From the NCBI RefSeq assembly GCF_003918875.1, contig NW_025767523.1:1426001-1490000 (forward strand): 64,000 bases of DNA, written 5' to 3'. The notes below the pieces were generated by a model, which saw only the letters and a program-made list of their open reading frames with translations, did no database searches and was not told the origin of the DNA. The DNA is from Haliotis rubra. Taxonomy: Eukaryota. Of the stretch, positions 38,901 to 52,900 are shown piece after piece (position 1 is the first letter of the stretch; every line of letters starts with the position of its first letter). The position numbers were made by a program, and so were the translations under genes.

Positions 38901-39629
38901 TTTATCCTTCATACTTGATGTATTATACCCTTCAAGAAAGAAACTTATAGTAAGAGGGGTGGTGGGGTTAATGGTTAAAGCGTTTTCTCATTTCTGGTGA
39001 TATTGCTGGTACATTGTTAAACCGACTTAAAAACTAAACGGCATGAGTCCAACCAACAGTACTAGTAGGTCAGCCTTCTACATCAAGGAAGCAGTAGGCG
39101 ACCGCAGTCACTGAACAGAATTAATCAAGCAGAAGGTCAAGTCCGTCTTCAGTGCCAAAAGAGAATAATGCAGGTATTAACTTTCATCAAAAATGTTGTT
39201 TCGGGAATTTTCAATTACACTTACTTCTTTTGTCTGAAATCGTTAATACTTCATTATATCCAACTTCATTTTATTCAGACTGAGAGAACGACACGTGCTT
39301 CCTCGGTTCAGATGTTAGTTACAGGTTTAAGTCCCTAATTGGTAGAGCCTCTTAATCTTTGAAGAAAAACATTAACTAAACGTTGTGCATGATAGTTCGT
39401 GGTATATTTTATATGCTTCTCATTTACTGTCGATGAGTGCTTTTAAGTAACATATAAAGTTTATGTATATTCCACGTTCAATGCAAATTTACGCAACATT
39501 TATAGAAATGAATACGCAAGTTAAAACTGTTTTACTGCACATTATTATTATTTTTATTTATTTATTTATTTCTTTGTTTAATTATTATTTACTTCTTTAT
39601 TCCTTTTGGTTTTGTTTTGTTTTTTGTTA

Positions 39630-40858
39630 GGGTCCTTGGACAGGAGGCGGAGAATGCATTTCTGTGGAGAAACACTTACTGATAGCAATGTGGTACCTGG
39701 CAACACAATTCACAACATATCTGACGGCTTTAACATAACTGAGTCATCTGTTGTACGTTGTGAAAGGGTGCATCATGTTTTGTTGAATGATGTTAAACCA
39801 AGCCTCGAGGTCAAGAACGACAACAAGTCATTGATAATTTCTTTGAAAAGCGAAACTTTCCCGGGATAGTTCGCGCAACTGATGCATCGCACATCAAGAT
39901 AAAAGCTCCCCATGAACACAGTCAAACATATGTTATCCGACTGGGGTTTCATTCAGTTGTCTTGCAGGCTGTTTGTAGAGATGACATGAGGTTTATTGAT
40001 TGTGTAGCTGGTTGGCCAGGAAGTTGTCATGACTCGCGTGTTTTGAAAAACTCTGATCTTTGGACACATGGACAACAGTTGTGTGGTCAAGGTCACGTGC
40101 TTGGTGACGCTGCCTATCCACTGACTGCTAACACCATTTAGGGACAACGGTCACTTAACACAAGAACAGAGACATTACAATACTAGCCAGAGTTCTGCTC
40201 GCACTGTAATTGAGCGTGCATTTGCACTTCTGAAAGGACGGTTTCGCAAGCTTCAGTATCTGGACACCCAGCAACAGAAAACAGCATTCGTAACTTTCGT
40301 CCCTTCCGTAACCTATCCCTCTTGTAGACGTTTTATTGAACGTGGCTCTGTCTGAGCGCAAAAGCGCAGAGAGAAAGAATTATTCTAGTTGCCGAACTAT
40401 TTTCAAAGGGCATGTAACTCTTGTTTACTTTGAAAACAAACCTGGCATTCACGCCAAGGAATTTTTTTCCGAGTGAACGGTGAATAGTTCCCTACGCTAT
40501 AATTTAAATATACTTGAAGTGTGTAGGGAAAACTTATCCAAGCCGAAATGAAAATTATTTCAAACAAATATTTTGACCCAATTTTTTCTCTACATACGCG
40601 CATTCTGATTGGCTGGGGGATTATTTCTCCCGGACACGGCTAAGACAGGGGTACGATTAGTTACGAGTGCTGAAAACAGCAGTGAACACTATCATGGTAT
40701 GTTGTATCATACACAACATTTGTATCTCAACACATGAAGATCTCAGAGACTTTATTCTGGATGGCCCTGCTCAAAACATTGACAATGGCTACCTTGCTCA
40801 ACAGAATGATGTTGAGGGTACCACTAAACGCAATCATATTGTTAGAAACCTGAATTAA
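39630..40858 (+). mobile_element. Decayed PIF/Harbinger (HARBI1-like, DDE_Tnp_4) transposase
   Basis: FNITESSVVRC, GWPGSCHDSRVLKNS, LGDAAYPL, LTPFRDNGHLTQEQRHYN..SSARTVIERAFALLKGRFRKL, CCIIHNIC; frameshifted and interrupted. Confidence 0.88.
40282..40672. mobile_element. MITE inserted in the Harbinger transposase
   Basis: TIRs cagcattcgtaact / agttacgagtgctg with an aaaa duplication; removing it restores YLDTQQQKTAVNT. Confidence 0.75.
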
Positions 40859-40994
40859 AGGTTATGCACAGTGTTCAAAAAGTTATCAAATTACTAGCTA
40901 TGTCAAGAACTGCAATTCTTAATCGACCTGTTTCTCATGAACAACAAAGAGAAATTTCAATAAAATAGTTTATTCAGCAAACAATGTTGTCTTT

Positions 40995-41283
40995 CAATGT
41001 TTCATGATACATCGGTCATACAATGTTTGACAATGCTTCATGATATGGTCATACGATGTTTGACAATATTTCATGGTATGGTCATACAATGTTTGACAAT
41101 GTTTTTGACAATGTTTCATGGTATGGTCATACAATGTTTGACAATGTTTGATGGTATGGTCAGACAATGTTTTACAATGTTTGATGGTATGGTCAGACAA
41201 TGTTTTACAATGTTTCATGATATGGTCATACAATGTTTGAACAATGTTTCATGATATATCGGTCATACAATGTTTGACAATGT
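40995..41283. repeat. 33-bp minisatellite
   Basis: Unit caatgtttcatgatatggtcatacaatgtttga, ~8 copies. Confidence 0.9.
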
Positions 41284-43250
41284 GTGCCATAAACACACAA
41301 CAACATTTGATGCATTAACGGTGACATTGGAACCAACAATGTGTCACTGAACAAATTTGACCAGAAATCACGCAAGTAAAGGGTTAAATTACCGGTAAAT
41401 AGAAACTGAAATAACATAAACAATATTGCACATTGTCAACTTTTAAAGGTGACAAATAAAATACATAGCCAACTTCTTTTGAAAATGAGTATCACAAAAG
41501 CACAAAACGGTGCAACCTTAACAAAAACAACCAGTTAAAAATATAAACAAAGAGTCATCTGAAAAAATGTTATACTCACAAAAAGTAATCAAATACTTGC
41601 ATTGTGTTACTCTTGTGTTCTTCTCAGCATAACAGACAAACAATTTAAAAAACTACACTAAGAAAATAGCTTTGCCCATTCAGCGTTTGATTTTTTGTTT
41701 GATTGATACCATCTTCTACATGTTGAAAATTGTCAGTGCTTGATTTATCTGCAAATAGGTCACTCCTTGCACTTAATGGCAGCTATAACTGGCAACCATG
41801 TAAAGGCACAACACAAAAAGGCACAACATATCAATTAAGTGGTGAATTACGTTATTTAGAAATATATCAACACTTTTGTTGTTTCAAGAACAGAGAAACA
41901 TCAGCAACTTCACTCATGCCAATAATGGTTGTCATCCCCCTCACCACCCCAACCCCCCACACACCTCACATCCACACCCAACACCCCCTCTCAAATTAAA
42001 AAAATCGAAGGGGGTGACAACCATTATTTGCATGAGTATATTTAAAAAATACAATAGACATGAGCTTTGCCCATTCACTGTAACAAATTGGGTATTTCTT
42101 TGCATATTTTTACATTTTGAAAACTTCTAGCGCTTAAGCAATAGAATACCTACACTTTGGACATTCCTTGCATTTAATTGCACAACTATTGCAGGCTACC
42201 ATGTGGCCGCAAGGTACAAAAACAGTGTCAGTCATGGAACATGGAATCCTTATTCATTTTCACAATAGGACATATTTATTTCTCTTTGTCCCCAAAAACA
42301 TTTTAAAATTCCCTGAAGAGTCCCATTCTCTCTTTGTGCATGGTTTCCTGTCTGTGTTTCTTCATGTGTCTCGGTTTCTTCATCGTGGCTCTGTTTCTTC
42401 TGTTTCGCTGTTTCTTCATCGTGTCTCTCTTCCTGCATTTGAATGTAGGTCTGCATTACCTCCACTACTTCAGACGCACAACTCTTTACCCGTCTGCCTT
42501 TCGGCAGCATGTCAAACAGTCTCGTGTTGATTACACAGTCCAGAGTCTCGTATTCCTGTATTATGACATCTAATTATTTGGGCTCCTTCTAATCCTTGCA
42601 AACACGTCGTGTGCTCTGTCGTAACTTAGTACAAAATCGTAACCAGTCCAGAGTTTTGAGACTTGAACTCATTCAACTGGATATATTAATATTATTCAGT
42701 ATTATTTAAATATGAAAATATTTCATCTAATTATTTGTATTATCTTAGCTCAAAGGAAAAATACCATCATAGACATTTAATAAAGCGCAAACAACACATA
42801 ACATGTCCCTTGCCAGGTTGGCGATCTTCACCACATGGCTTTTTTTCTCAACTTTCCCTGTTACCAGGTTTTCGTTACTGTGGTACAAGTCTATAAGACA
42901 AAATGTGGCATGCCGTGTCCAGATGGTCGGAGGTCCAGAGGATCCAGTGGAAGTGGATGCTTGACTGTCGGTGTCAGTGGGCGTGGGTTGCAGAGCCAGA
43001 GCATCTTACTTTTCGAACAATGATTCCGCATCAAAGCCTCCATAGTCTACAACACAAACATGTAAAATATAAATTCTATAAACATTTTATAATGAGTACA
43101 TTGTGTACATTAATGAATATATTAAGACACACTAATGCATAAACCTGTCAAGATATTAGCTAAATTTGAAAATTACCGCAAACAGGAGTTTAGTTGAATA
43201 TAACTCGTGCTTGAAAGCATGCTCACACATCTGCTCTAAACTTACATGAT

Positions 43251-43409
43251 GAGTGAGTTCAGTTTTACGCCGCTTTTAGTAATATTCCAGCTATATCACG
43301 GCGGGGGACACCAGAATGGGCTTCACACATTGTACCCATGTGGGGAATCGAACCCGGGTCTTCGGCGTGACGAGCCAACGCTTTAACCACTAGGCTACCC
43401 CACCGCCCC
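43251..43409 (-). mobile_element. tRNA-derived SINE (family A), near consensus
   Basis: A and B boxes intact; TSD ttacatgatga. Confidence 0.88.
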
Positions 43410-43598
43410 TTACATGATGAAATCACTAAGTCTTCGTTGCCCATCTGTTACTCTTACATTGACACTAAAACAACTTTCTTCACAGAAAGATGGAAAATAA
43501 AGTCTTTGGTGGGTTTTTTTAACAAACAAACCTCAATCCTTTTGGTAATGCGCAATGTGCATAAAAAGTTTTGGAGTTTATGTTGCCATTAAATCTGA

Positions 43599-43868
43599 TG
43601 TGAGTGAGTGAGTGAGTTTAGTTTTACGCCGGTCCGGGTTAGAATATTGATCTTCAGTAACTCATGCTTGTCGTAAAAGGCGACTAACGGGATCGGGTGG
43701 TCAGGCTCGCTCGCTTGGTTGACACATGTCATCGGTTCCCCATTGCATTGATCGATGCTCATGCTGTTGATCACTGGATTGTCTGATCCAGACTCGATTA
43801 TTTACAGACCGCAGCCATATAGCTGAAATATTGACGAGTACGACGTAAAACTAAACTCACTCACTCAC
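43599..43868 (+). mobile_element. Nin/Deu-domain SINE (family B) with an inverted tail at its 5' end
   Basis: gtgagtgagtgagttttagttttacgcc is fused to ggtccgggttagaat...; the 3' end is gtaaaactaaactcactcactcac. Confidence 0.8.
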
Positions 43869-45005
43869 AAATTCAATCATTATGCAAGCTCACGTAGACC
43901 ACGTGAATCACATATTGGTGAAACAAGACTAATATGTTGTTTTAGAGCCAGAAAAGCATTGTCATTGGAACATAATCAATAGGTAAGTAAATGTGTTATG
44001 CTTACCAATGTCACTACATTTGTGAAGATTGAAAGCTGATACATCGTTGAAAACTCGTTGACAGATTTCGCACTGAAACACAGTTTTGTGCTGCGACGCC
44101 ATGTTGGATTCTGTCTGCACCACCTCAAACTCGCGCGCAGACGTTACGTGCTCCATTGAACCGGCGGCCCACGTTCTAAGAGTTCTCGCACTGTCGGCAC
44201 AACCAATGGCATAGACCTAAGGTGTCACCATGCGAAGGCTAACTGTTTTATTCCAGATGTTGCCTGGCCGTCAGCTGGGTATGTGGTCAGTTGCACACTG
44301 TGATGACGTTGCAGTTTGAAAAAAGAACGTACATACATTGTACGACAAGTGTCACCACGTAACCAAATTGTATAACATATATCGTACAGTATATGTCCCT
44401 CCTCATCAATCTTCACTTTGATATGTCGAAACCGTATCCAAATACATCACGAAGATACATCCAATTCGCAGTTTTGAATTCTGTTTGAACCGTTTTTCTA
44501 TGATACCATCCGCTCATTGTAGGACAAGTTTAACCTAACTCTTACCCTAACCATTCAAAGTGAACTTTCAGCCATACTGCAAAGTGTTTATAAAATCACG
44601 TCTAACGTATGTCGGTTATGCTTCGCCCATTACATCACAACTATTTCATTCAAAACCACCATCTGTACAACGAATCCCTGAATTCCTCATACAGTTCAAA
44701 ATAAGTTTACAAATTGTCTTTTGTCACCAATACCAAGTGTCTAAGTGAAATCTAGCTTAATATATCTGATGTCGTGCTAGGAAAGGACCACTGAGTCTTG
44801 TTTGAAATGCAAACAAAGCCAATCTCAGATTTTACACTGTGTGTCACGTTCTCATACTGTGAGAGAGGCGTTCTCCTATTCGTTGCATACGCTTGATCCT
44901 ACGTTTAGAACATGGATAGGAAAGGTATCGTAGTAAGACATAGTTATATAGAAATAGGTGTATTCAAATGGTTCCCCAGATCGATTCAACACAATATACA
45001 GTGTA

Positions 45006-45567
45006 TACTGAACCACAAAAACAGTTGCTTTTCAAAACCAAATGTAAATTTTATTCTAGCAAGGCTTTTATTATGATTGTACCGTTTTGTTATGATGTTT
45101 TTGAATCCAAATTGACAGGTATTACCAACATCAGTGTGTTTTCTGATGAAAAAGCATATCGACCAAACACACCGAAAACAGCAGATTCGATAAAAGGTTC
45201 CGTATGACATTCGTGGAAATGAAAATGCGGCCGACAACTGCGGCTGGACTCGATCAGGCATTTCGCAGACTATGGACCCAAGTGCCTATGGCCTTCATCA
45301 ACCGGATAATTCATTCCATATACAGACGGTGCAACGCTTTCATCGATGCCCATGGAGGCCACACACGATACTGACTTTGGGGCATCTTAATGGTATCATT
45401 TTTGGTGATTTTGTTTGTGTGAACTCTAAATGTGAATCTCGAAAATGTGTTAACCATATTTGTCAAGTTGGAACTCAGTCCTCCGTTTTGATTGCTAATT
45501 AGAGTGAATTGAAGTGTGTGCTTTAAGAAACCGGTATCGGTGCAACATTTATTTTGTGGTTCAGTAC
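45006..45567 (+). mobile_element. Internally deleted Tc1 element
   Basis: TIRs tactgaaccacaaaa / ttttgtggttcagta; transposase C-terminus ..LWTQVPMAFINRIIHSIYRRCNAFIDAHGGHTRY*. Confidence 0.8.
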
Positions 45568-45672
45568 ATTACAGTTTCCGCAAGCGTGACACCACGACTG
45601 ACGCTAACTCACGCACAACGATGAAAAACTGTGAAAATGAAGTGTGCACCCCCCTTTTCTCAATAGTGCACA

Positions 45673-46021
45673 GCGTGGTGTAGTGGTTAGAGCGTCCGCC
45701 CGAGAGCGGAAGGTCGCGGGTTCGATCCCCGACCGCGTCATACCAAAAGACGTTAAAATATGGTACTTATTGGTCCCTGCCTGGCGCTCGGCATTAATGG
45801 GTACAACAAGGACTGGTTGGCTCGGAGTCAGTATAATGTGTCTGAGTAGGGTATTCATGCTTCACTGCGGCATGGTATCTCAGTGGGCTAGCACTATAAA
45901 AACCAGCTGAAGTCTGGGCTTAGTACAAGCAGCCGCACATACACATACACACGCATGCACGTCGTCATATGAGCGAAATATTCTCAAGCACGACGTTAAA
46001 CCCAATTTCATCTCACCTCAC
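45673..46021 (+). mobile_element. tRNA-headed SINE with Meta-type central domain (family C, ~350 bp)
   Basis: tggtgtagtggttagagc A box, gggttcgatccc B box, ccctgcctggcgctcggcattaa core, (cacct)n tail, TSD ctcaatagtgcaca. Confidence 0.85.
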
Positions 46022-46988
46022 CTCAATAGTGCACACACACACACACGCGCACGAACGCACGCACGCGCACACCGCTCTCAAAAAGTATCCGATCCTGCTT
46101 CTCCTCATTTCCGACTATTTCTTATCAGAATGTTTCGGGCTACTTACATGTGACATTTATGCATATACGTTGCTTCATACAACGAAAGTTTCCTTCAAAA
46201 AATCCCGCGTACTCGTGTCAGTGAACACGCCATTTTCAGGAAGTCGCTTCCCGATAGTGATGTCATACGTACGTCAACATTGTTACATATTTGGTATTTT
46301 CACTGATGTGAGGTAATGAATGAAAATACACACGATCATTTCTATCCTATTGCTTACATTTTCAGTTCTAATGCTTCTTTCGTATTTTTACTTGCTTTTT
46401 TTAATGTCAGTATTTATATTTTTTGCTGTGAGACTAGACAGGAGACCAGTCTAAATCAATTGGCACCTATTACGTCATAATCAAAGGGCGGTAACTCTCG
46501 CCTGTTAAGCTCGGTAAACAAAGGCCTCATAATGGCATAACATTTCAGTACTTATATTGAGGGTTATATTTTCATTGTAAGAAAAATGAGTGTATATTTT
46601 CAAACACTGACATTAACTAATTGAAAAATTCCATTTTGTTTCACATAAGAATAAATGTGATGTTTTCGTGTACACTTCCCCATTTAGGATGTTGAATGTT
46701 GAAAGATCTCTGTAATTTCCTTTCCAGACTGAAATTTGTTTTAAGGCTTGTTTGGTAACTCGGTTCTGGTATTCTTTAACTCGTCATGTAGTCTGGATGT
46801 TTCTTCAACATAAGTCTGGATCCAGACAAGATAGAAGACGCAATGATCAACGATGTCGGTGGACATTCTACAGATCGCATCACTTAACGTCACCGCCCGA
46901 TCCATGCAGTCGTCTCTTGTGACGGGAATGAATTGTTGACCCATGGGAAAGGCAATGTAGACGAATACGGTTTTCAAACGGTCGAACG

Positions 46989-49900
46989 TTACATTAATAT
47001 ACACACTTTCGTTTTGGGTGTGTTCTGCCGAGCATGATTCGCTGGAGCTGCAACATTGTCTGAGAAACGGGAACCAGAGGAGGAGACGCCTGAGTTTTGA
47101 CTAACAGGTATTTCACTTCTGGAAACCTGAGTGGTGTTTTGCCCAGCAGCACTGCCATATGCCTGGTTACTGGATGGCGCTCTCGTCCTGAATGACGATG
47201 TGTTGCAGGTGGAGTCGGACGATGGGTAGGTTGGGGAACTGGATCCAGCATGTGCACCTCCGTATGTTGACACACTCGCTGAGGAGTACCTAGGGGTGCT
47301 CGGGGGTGAGGATGACGCAGGCGGATTGATGACTGTAGCAGGTAGTGTTGGAACAGGTGAAGGCGCTCTCGTCCCGAATGACGATCTGTTGCTGGTGGAG
47401 ACGGACGATGGGTAGGCTGGGGAACTGGATCCAACAGATGCATATCCGTGTGTTGACACACTCCCTAAGGAGGGGCTGGGGTTCCTGAGGCCTGATGATG
47501 ACGCAGGATTGACGACTTTAGCAGGTTGTGTTGGAACAGGCTGTGCCGGTTTTCGGATCATAGAGGGAACTGGAGCGGTCTTGGCTGGCGCACTAGCACT
47601 CGCAGGTGATCTTGTCACATTTCCAATACTTCTGCTTACAGACACGGATTCGTCAACACTTTCATCTCTGTACTCGACAAGGTACTCGGGATAGCACTGA
47701 TTTCGCTCAAATATAACAAATATTGAAGGGTTGTTTATGTCGTTGACGCAAGAATCGTACAACACGTGGCCTTTTCTCGGTGGAGGCCTCGTGTAGCTGC
47801 TGTCTCCCAGTGCGTACTTACCAACAAGCACTCGGGCTAGGAACATGTACCTATTCCTGCCTTTGGTGTAACAGTGACTATACTTAGCGTCACGGGCGAA
47901 GTACGCCCCCTTGCCGTACATCGTGGCGTTCTTGCCGCTGACTCTGAAGTCAAAGTTGTTGATGCAGATGTTGTCGACCACGTCTAGAGTGTCTGTGCCG
48001 TGGAAGAGATGTCGCTCATCAATGCTCTCGGTGCTATGAGACACCTGAAGTGTCCTCTTCATACTGAAACATCACGTTTATATATTGTGATTTGTCATCG
48101 TTTTTATGCATCGATTAAATACAGTTTTGTATATTTTGATAAACCCATTTTCCACACATCTATTAATTCAAACAGAATGTGGTCTGAAGGTTAGCCCAGC
48201 ATTAGTTTCGTTCAGAACTAAATGTGATATCAGTAAATGGAATGTTTCATAAGAAAAACACAGGATTATGATGCCACGCAAAAACCCACAACAATGGGTA
48301 AAATCTGTCAAAGTAACAATACATAACAGGCCCTAAAACACATCCGAGTTTTCAGAAAAGGTCACTGTCGATTGCCTTGAGAATGGCAAGACCTGGAACC
48401 AGTGTTGGAGACTGGCATAGTGATATTGCGAACTGGAGAACCCGTACCCACGGAGATCTGAACCTGAACATTTTCGGCGGTCTCGTACCCACACATAACA
48501 TGTACCCACCCATACCACAGGCCCTCGTGGATTAAAAATTGCGAAGATTAAAGATTAAAAAGACAAAAATATTTTTTAGATGACCCCCGACACGAAATGC
48601 TACACAGTACAATGCATTATAATGTATTGTACTGTGAAGCATTTCGAGTCGGGGGTCATCTCAAATGTTAAAAAAATTTAACATCTTTAATCCTCGCAAA
48701 GACACGAGGGCCTGTGACCCATGCCTAATCAACTGGATAACTCGTAACTAAAAGTAAAATAGATAAGATTTGAAACATTAATTAATACTACAGCCTAGAA
48801 CAAAATCCACCGCCATGTAACTTTTAAAAAACTTTTAGCGACGGCTTGACAGCAGCTAGCATTAACGTGTAAACACTCGGTTGCTCGTATATATATTGCA
48901 TATTCTGTATGTACATGCTTAATGTATGGAACACCTCAATACTTTACCTGAGGAAATTGAGGCAAAGTAAAGCATTCTGCAGTCTGTATACTCGCTGCAC
49001 TTGACATCTGTCCGCTGACAGAGTTTTGTAGATGGATGACATCACAGTGGTAAACTCATCGGAGCTTGTATTCAGTTCCACTTTTTCACTGTTCTGATAA
49101 CGGTCAAGCGGAGCCCAGTGCGAGGAGACGTCAGTCGGTGGTACCGTCGCCGGGGACATCAATAAACTGGAACTGAATAACAGTTCTGTAAATTACAACG
49201 TTCTCGTATGTTACCACGCATGGTTGTGTGGTGCGCAAGTGGATTGAATCGTATGGTAAGGTAATGAATTTACGGACACAAACAATTGTCGTTTGTGAAA
49301 GCCTCAATGAACCTACATGTCTTACCACATCTTCTGCAGGTGTCGGGGCGGTGGGGTAGCTAAATGGTTAAAGCGTTCGCTCGTCACGCCTACGGGTTCG
49401 ACAAACAATTGTCGCCCATTTCTGGTGTCCCCCGCCGTGATATTGCTGGAATATTGCTAAAAGCGGCGTAAAACCATACTCAGCCAGTCAGCCAGTCTGC
49501 AGGTGTCGAGCCTCGCCAGCAGACAAGGTCACGGGTCTTTTGTGAAAGGATTCAGTGGGCATACATGACACAGAAATCTTACCACATCTACTGTCGCCGT
49601 TTGGCATCGCCAGCAGACAAGGTTACAGATCTCTTGCGAAAGGCCTTAATGAACACTTTTAATTGTCAGTGAAAAATTACCACATCTTGTGGGGATGTTA
49701 GGTGTTGTCAGCAGACACAACACCCTGTCTCTAGTGAAGGATCTCAGTGAACCTACATATAACTGATTCCCCAGATATCTTACCACGTCTGTTGGCAGCT
49801 CCTGGCGTCATCAAGAGATACAAACATCGGCCTCCTCTGGACTGGCCTCCGAGTTAGAGTCTTCCTGTTGACCTGAACCAGAGAGGTGAAGTCCAGGCGG

Positions 49901-52900
49901 TATTCCTGATCTGCGATAGTGTAGAGGTAGGTGTTCTGTCCAGCCAGGTACTTGGTCTCCAGGGTCAGCTGAAGTTCCGGCTGTAGGAGCAGAATGATGT
50001 GGATGAGGGATGTTTTCATCAATATTTCCTCAGCTATACCTCTTAGTCTTATCCTGAAAATCCCCCTGGCCTTCACAAGGAATACCTAGTAGGTTTAATA
50101 AACATTCAGACGTCCTTTTCAGCAAACAGATTTTTGAGTGCTTTTTGTGAGGTGGGTTTCCAGTATTGTATTAAGCACAAACGACATCCTTATCATTGGG
50201 ACTGGGCGCCATGTTGTTGAAACTGCCAAGCCAACATAGAGGTTTGTTTGGAACCCGCATTCTGATTGGTACCTTAGACCTAGCGTTGCCAGTCAAACAG
50301 GCAAATTGAAACCAAGGGCAGGTAACTTGCAACTGCATGGGGTAGTAGGTTATGCGAGGTAGAAAAGTCATGGCGGGGGTTAACGGGTGTCCTCTCACTT
50401 AGCCATGGTCAGATTCTGTCAAAACAGGTCTCTCACATTGCCAGAGTGGGATTTGGCTGACTAGGGTTAGTGTTTGATAAAACCTTGTCCAGATGAGCCA
50501 TAGTCTGTATCAACAAAATGCTCAATTAGTGAGATTAGTGAAATTTGTATCAAAGTGAGATACATGTACATTGGTATTCTATTATTGGGTTAATGAGTTA
50601 TGCCAGGAAGAAGTGTCATGGCGGGGCAATGCAAGTCATGGTTACCGGTATAAAGGGCGACCACTCTTTACTGTTGTCCTGCCAGTACCACACCCACTGC
50701 GTGTAATGAGATATTTCGTCAGTTCCGGCTTCCACGTAAGATCGGGTTGACAGTCGCCGGAAACTGAGCTTGTTGTACGACGTCTGCCCTGGTGGGTCAA
50801 GTATTTCTTCAAAGTTTACTTCTGTTGATGCAATCTCTCCATGTAATCGGACCTGGAAATTATATTACATTAGATAAAACTTTGTGGGTCAATCCCAAGC
50901 ACAGAACAGAATAAATAGTGAATAGTGTGTCCTTCAGTTACGGTGAAATACTCAATACATACACAGCGCGGAATTCTCTGCCCATTGATGAAAGATGCAC
51001 AAAAAGAAACACGTTTAAACTGGTGTAGGGCTCACGAAATCAAGATTGGAATAATGATTTCATTTCTGATGAAAGTTCTGTCTGACTTTTTCCGATCTCT
51101 GCGAACATTTGGACAAAAGGTACAGTGAAACCAACGCTCAAAACATAGCCCGAAATTTCATATGTGGGGTGGGATATCATCACGTGGAGTGACGCCGTTG
51201 TGTATTTTCACTGGAAATTTGACGAAGATATGTTGACATCTTAAATCATAACCTCCTTCCAAAGGCCCAAACACTGTATGAAGATAATTAGATTTTCCAG
51301 CATGATATCGACCAAACGCACACTGCGGGCTACACTAAACAGTGGTTGTCCGACGAAAATGTTCAAGTTTTAGACTGGTCCTGCTACAGCCCAGATCTAT
51401 TTGAAAGAAGAAAGAATCATAAGTGTGCATTTTGTTATAAGATGTTACATGGCTTAACACCAGCGTACTTAACAAGATTAGCTCCACAAAACTCACTATT
51501 GCCTTCGTAATGCCAGAGATATTCAGCCAGAAAACACTAGACAAGTACAACACTCTAAATATTTTCTTCCATCAGTCATACAAGCCTGGAATAATCTCGA
51601 CGAATCTGTTAAATCGGCGGAATCATTGTCTAAATTTAAATCACATCGATCTTACTAATTACACTCTTAATCCCAGAACTATAAAATACTTTAACTTTTT
51701 CCAAATCATCATGTCCAAACTGAGACTAGGATGTAGCGATTTAAACTTGCACCAATTCGAAAGACATCTAAAAGAAATTAGTTCATGCCAATGTAGCTTT
51801 TCAACAGAATATATCTCGCACTTCTTTATTTTCTGCCCGCTTTATAGTCATATCAGACATATCCAGTACCGCAATAGATTCTCTGATGACGAGACTAAGG
51901 TTTTGTTTGTTTTGAAAGTTGCCTCATTGAATTATATATCGCTTTTGCACAATCTTAATTTGTTTAATTTGTTTTCTCTCGGGAGAGGCATTAATATAGC
52001 CCTAGTTCGACCTGTTTGCCAATCCTTTTTGTTCGTTCTGTATTGTCTTTCTAATGTATTGTCTATTTTCTGAATAAATACTGTTTAAACCAAAATGTTC
52101 AAGTTTTAGACTGGTCCAGCTACAGCTCAGATCTTAACCTTAATGAGAATGTATGGGGACTAATGAAGGACAGAGTAAACCAAAAAGGACTAGAAATATT
52201 GAGGATCTGAAGAAAGAAGTGGTCAAAGATTGGGATACGCTGTCACACGATTTTTTGTACAAACTTTGATCGGTAGTGTACCTAGGCGCATTCAGTCGTG
52301 TGTTGCAGGGCAGGGAGGTCTCACAAAGTACTGAAAAGACTTAGACTGTAAGAGAACCATATCTCAACATATTCATTTAATTAAAACTTCTATAGCTTAT
52401 ATACATGTACGAAACAAAATATGTATACGTATCCATTTTCTGTCAACTACACTTCGTTTCGAGCGTGGGTAGATGCAATATGACAGTGATTGCTGTGACT
52501 AATGCAGGTCGAAGTAAATAAAAATATAGGAAAGACACACGGTTTCATTGCAGCTGATAGAAACATTCTTTTTTAACATTTTGAGTAAAATTACCGTCTC
52601 GTTGACAGTTATCGTTATGATATAAAAAAGAAAACCAACACAGATTCCCTCGTTAGGGGTCAGTAAAATGTTTAATGTTGGCCGCGATTAGGACCCCAAC
52701 AGAAGTAACAGAGATGTCTATTCAACGGACTGTTATTATGGTCAGCTAAGTCCGGATAACAAAGCATTGTTCTCATTGCAAGTTGATTGTTGGGAGTAGT
52801 CCGGATTGTGGAGAAACCGGATTACACAGAGTCTGGATTTGACAGATTCCATTGTATTTGATATTTGCCGAAACAAGTTTCTCAATAATTTCTGGGAATA

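Larger units (their letters stand above)
42250..44102 (-). pseudogene. Probable remnant of the Harbinger second (DNA-binding) gene, convergent to the transposase
   Basis: C2HC finger exon MASQHKTVFQCEICQRVFNDVSAFNLHKC followed by a gtaag donor, and a charged coiled-coil-like end (42250-42510). The association with the transposase is inferred from position only. Confidence 0.4.

Noticed and set aside
51510-52073. 187-aa ORF as a host gene
   Set aside because: It is the 3' end of a LINE inserted in a Tc1 relic.
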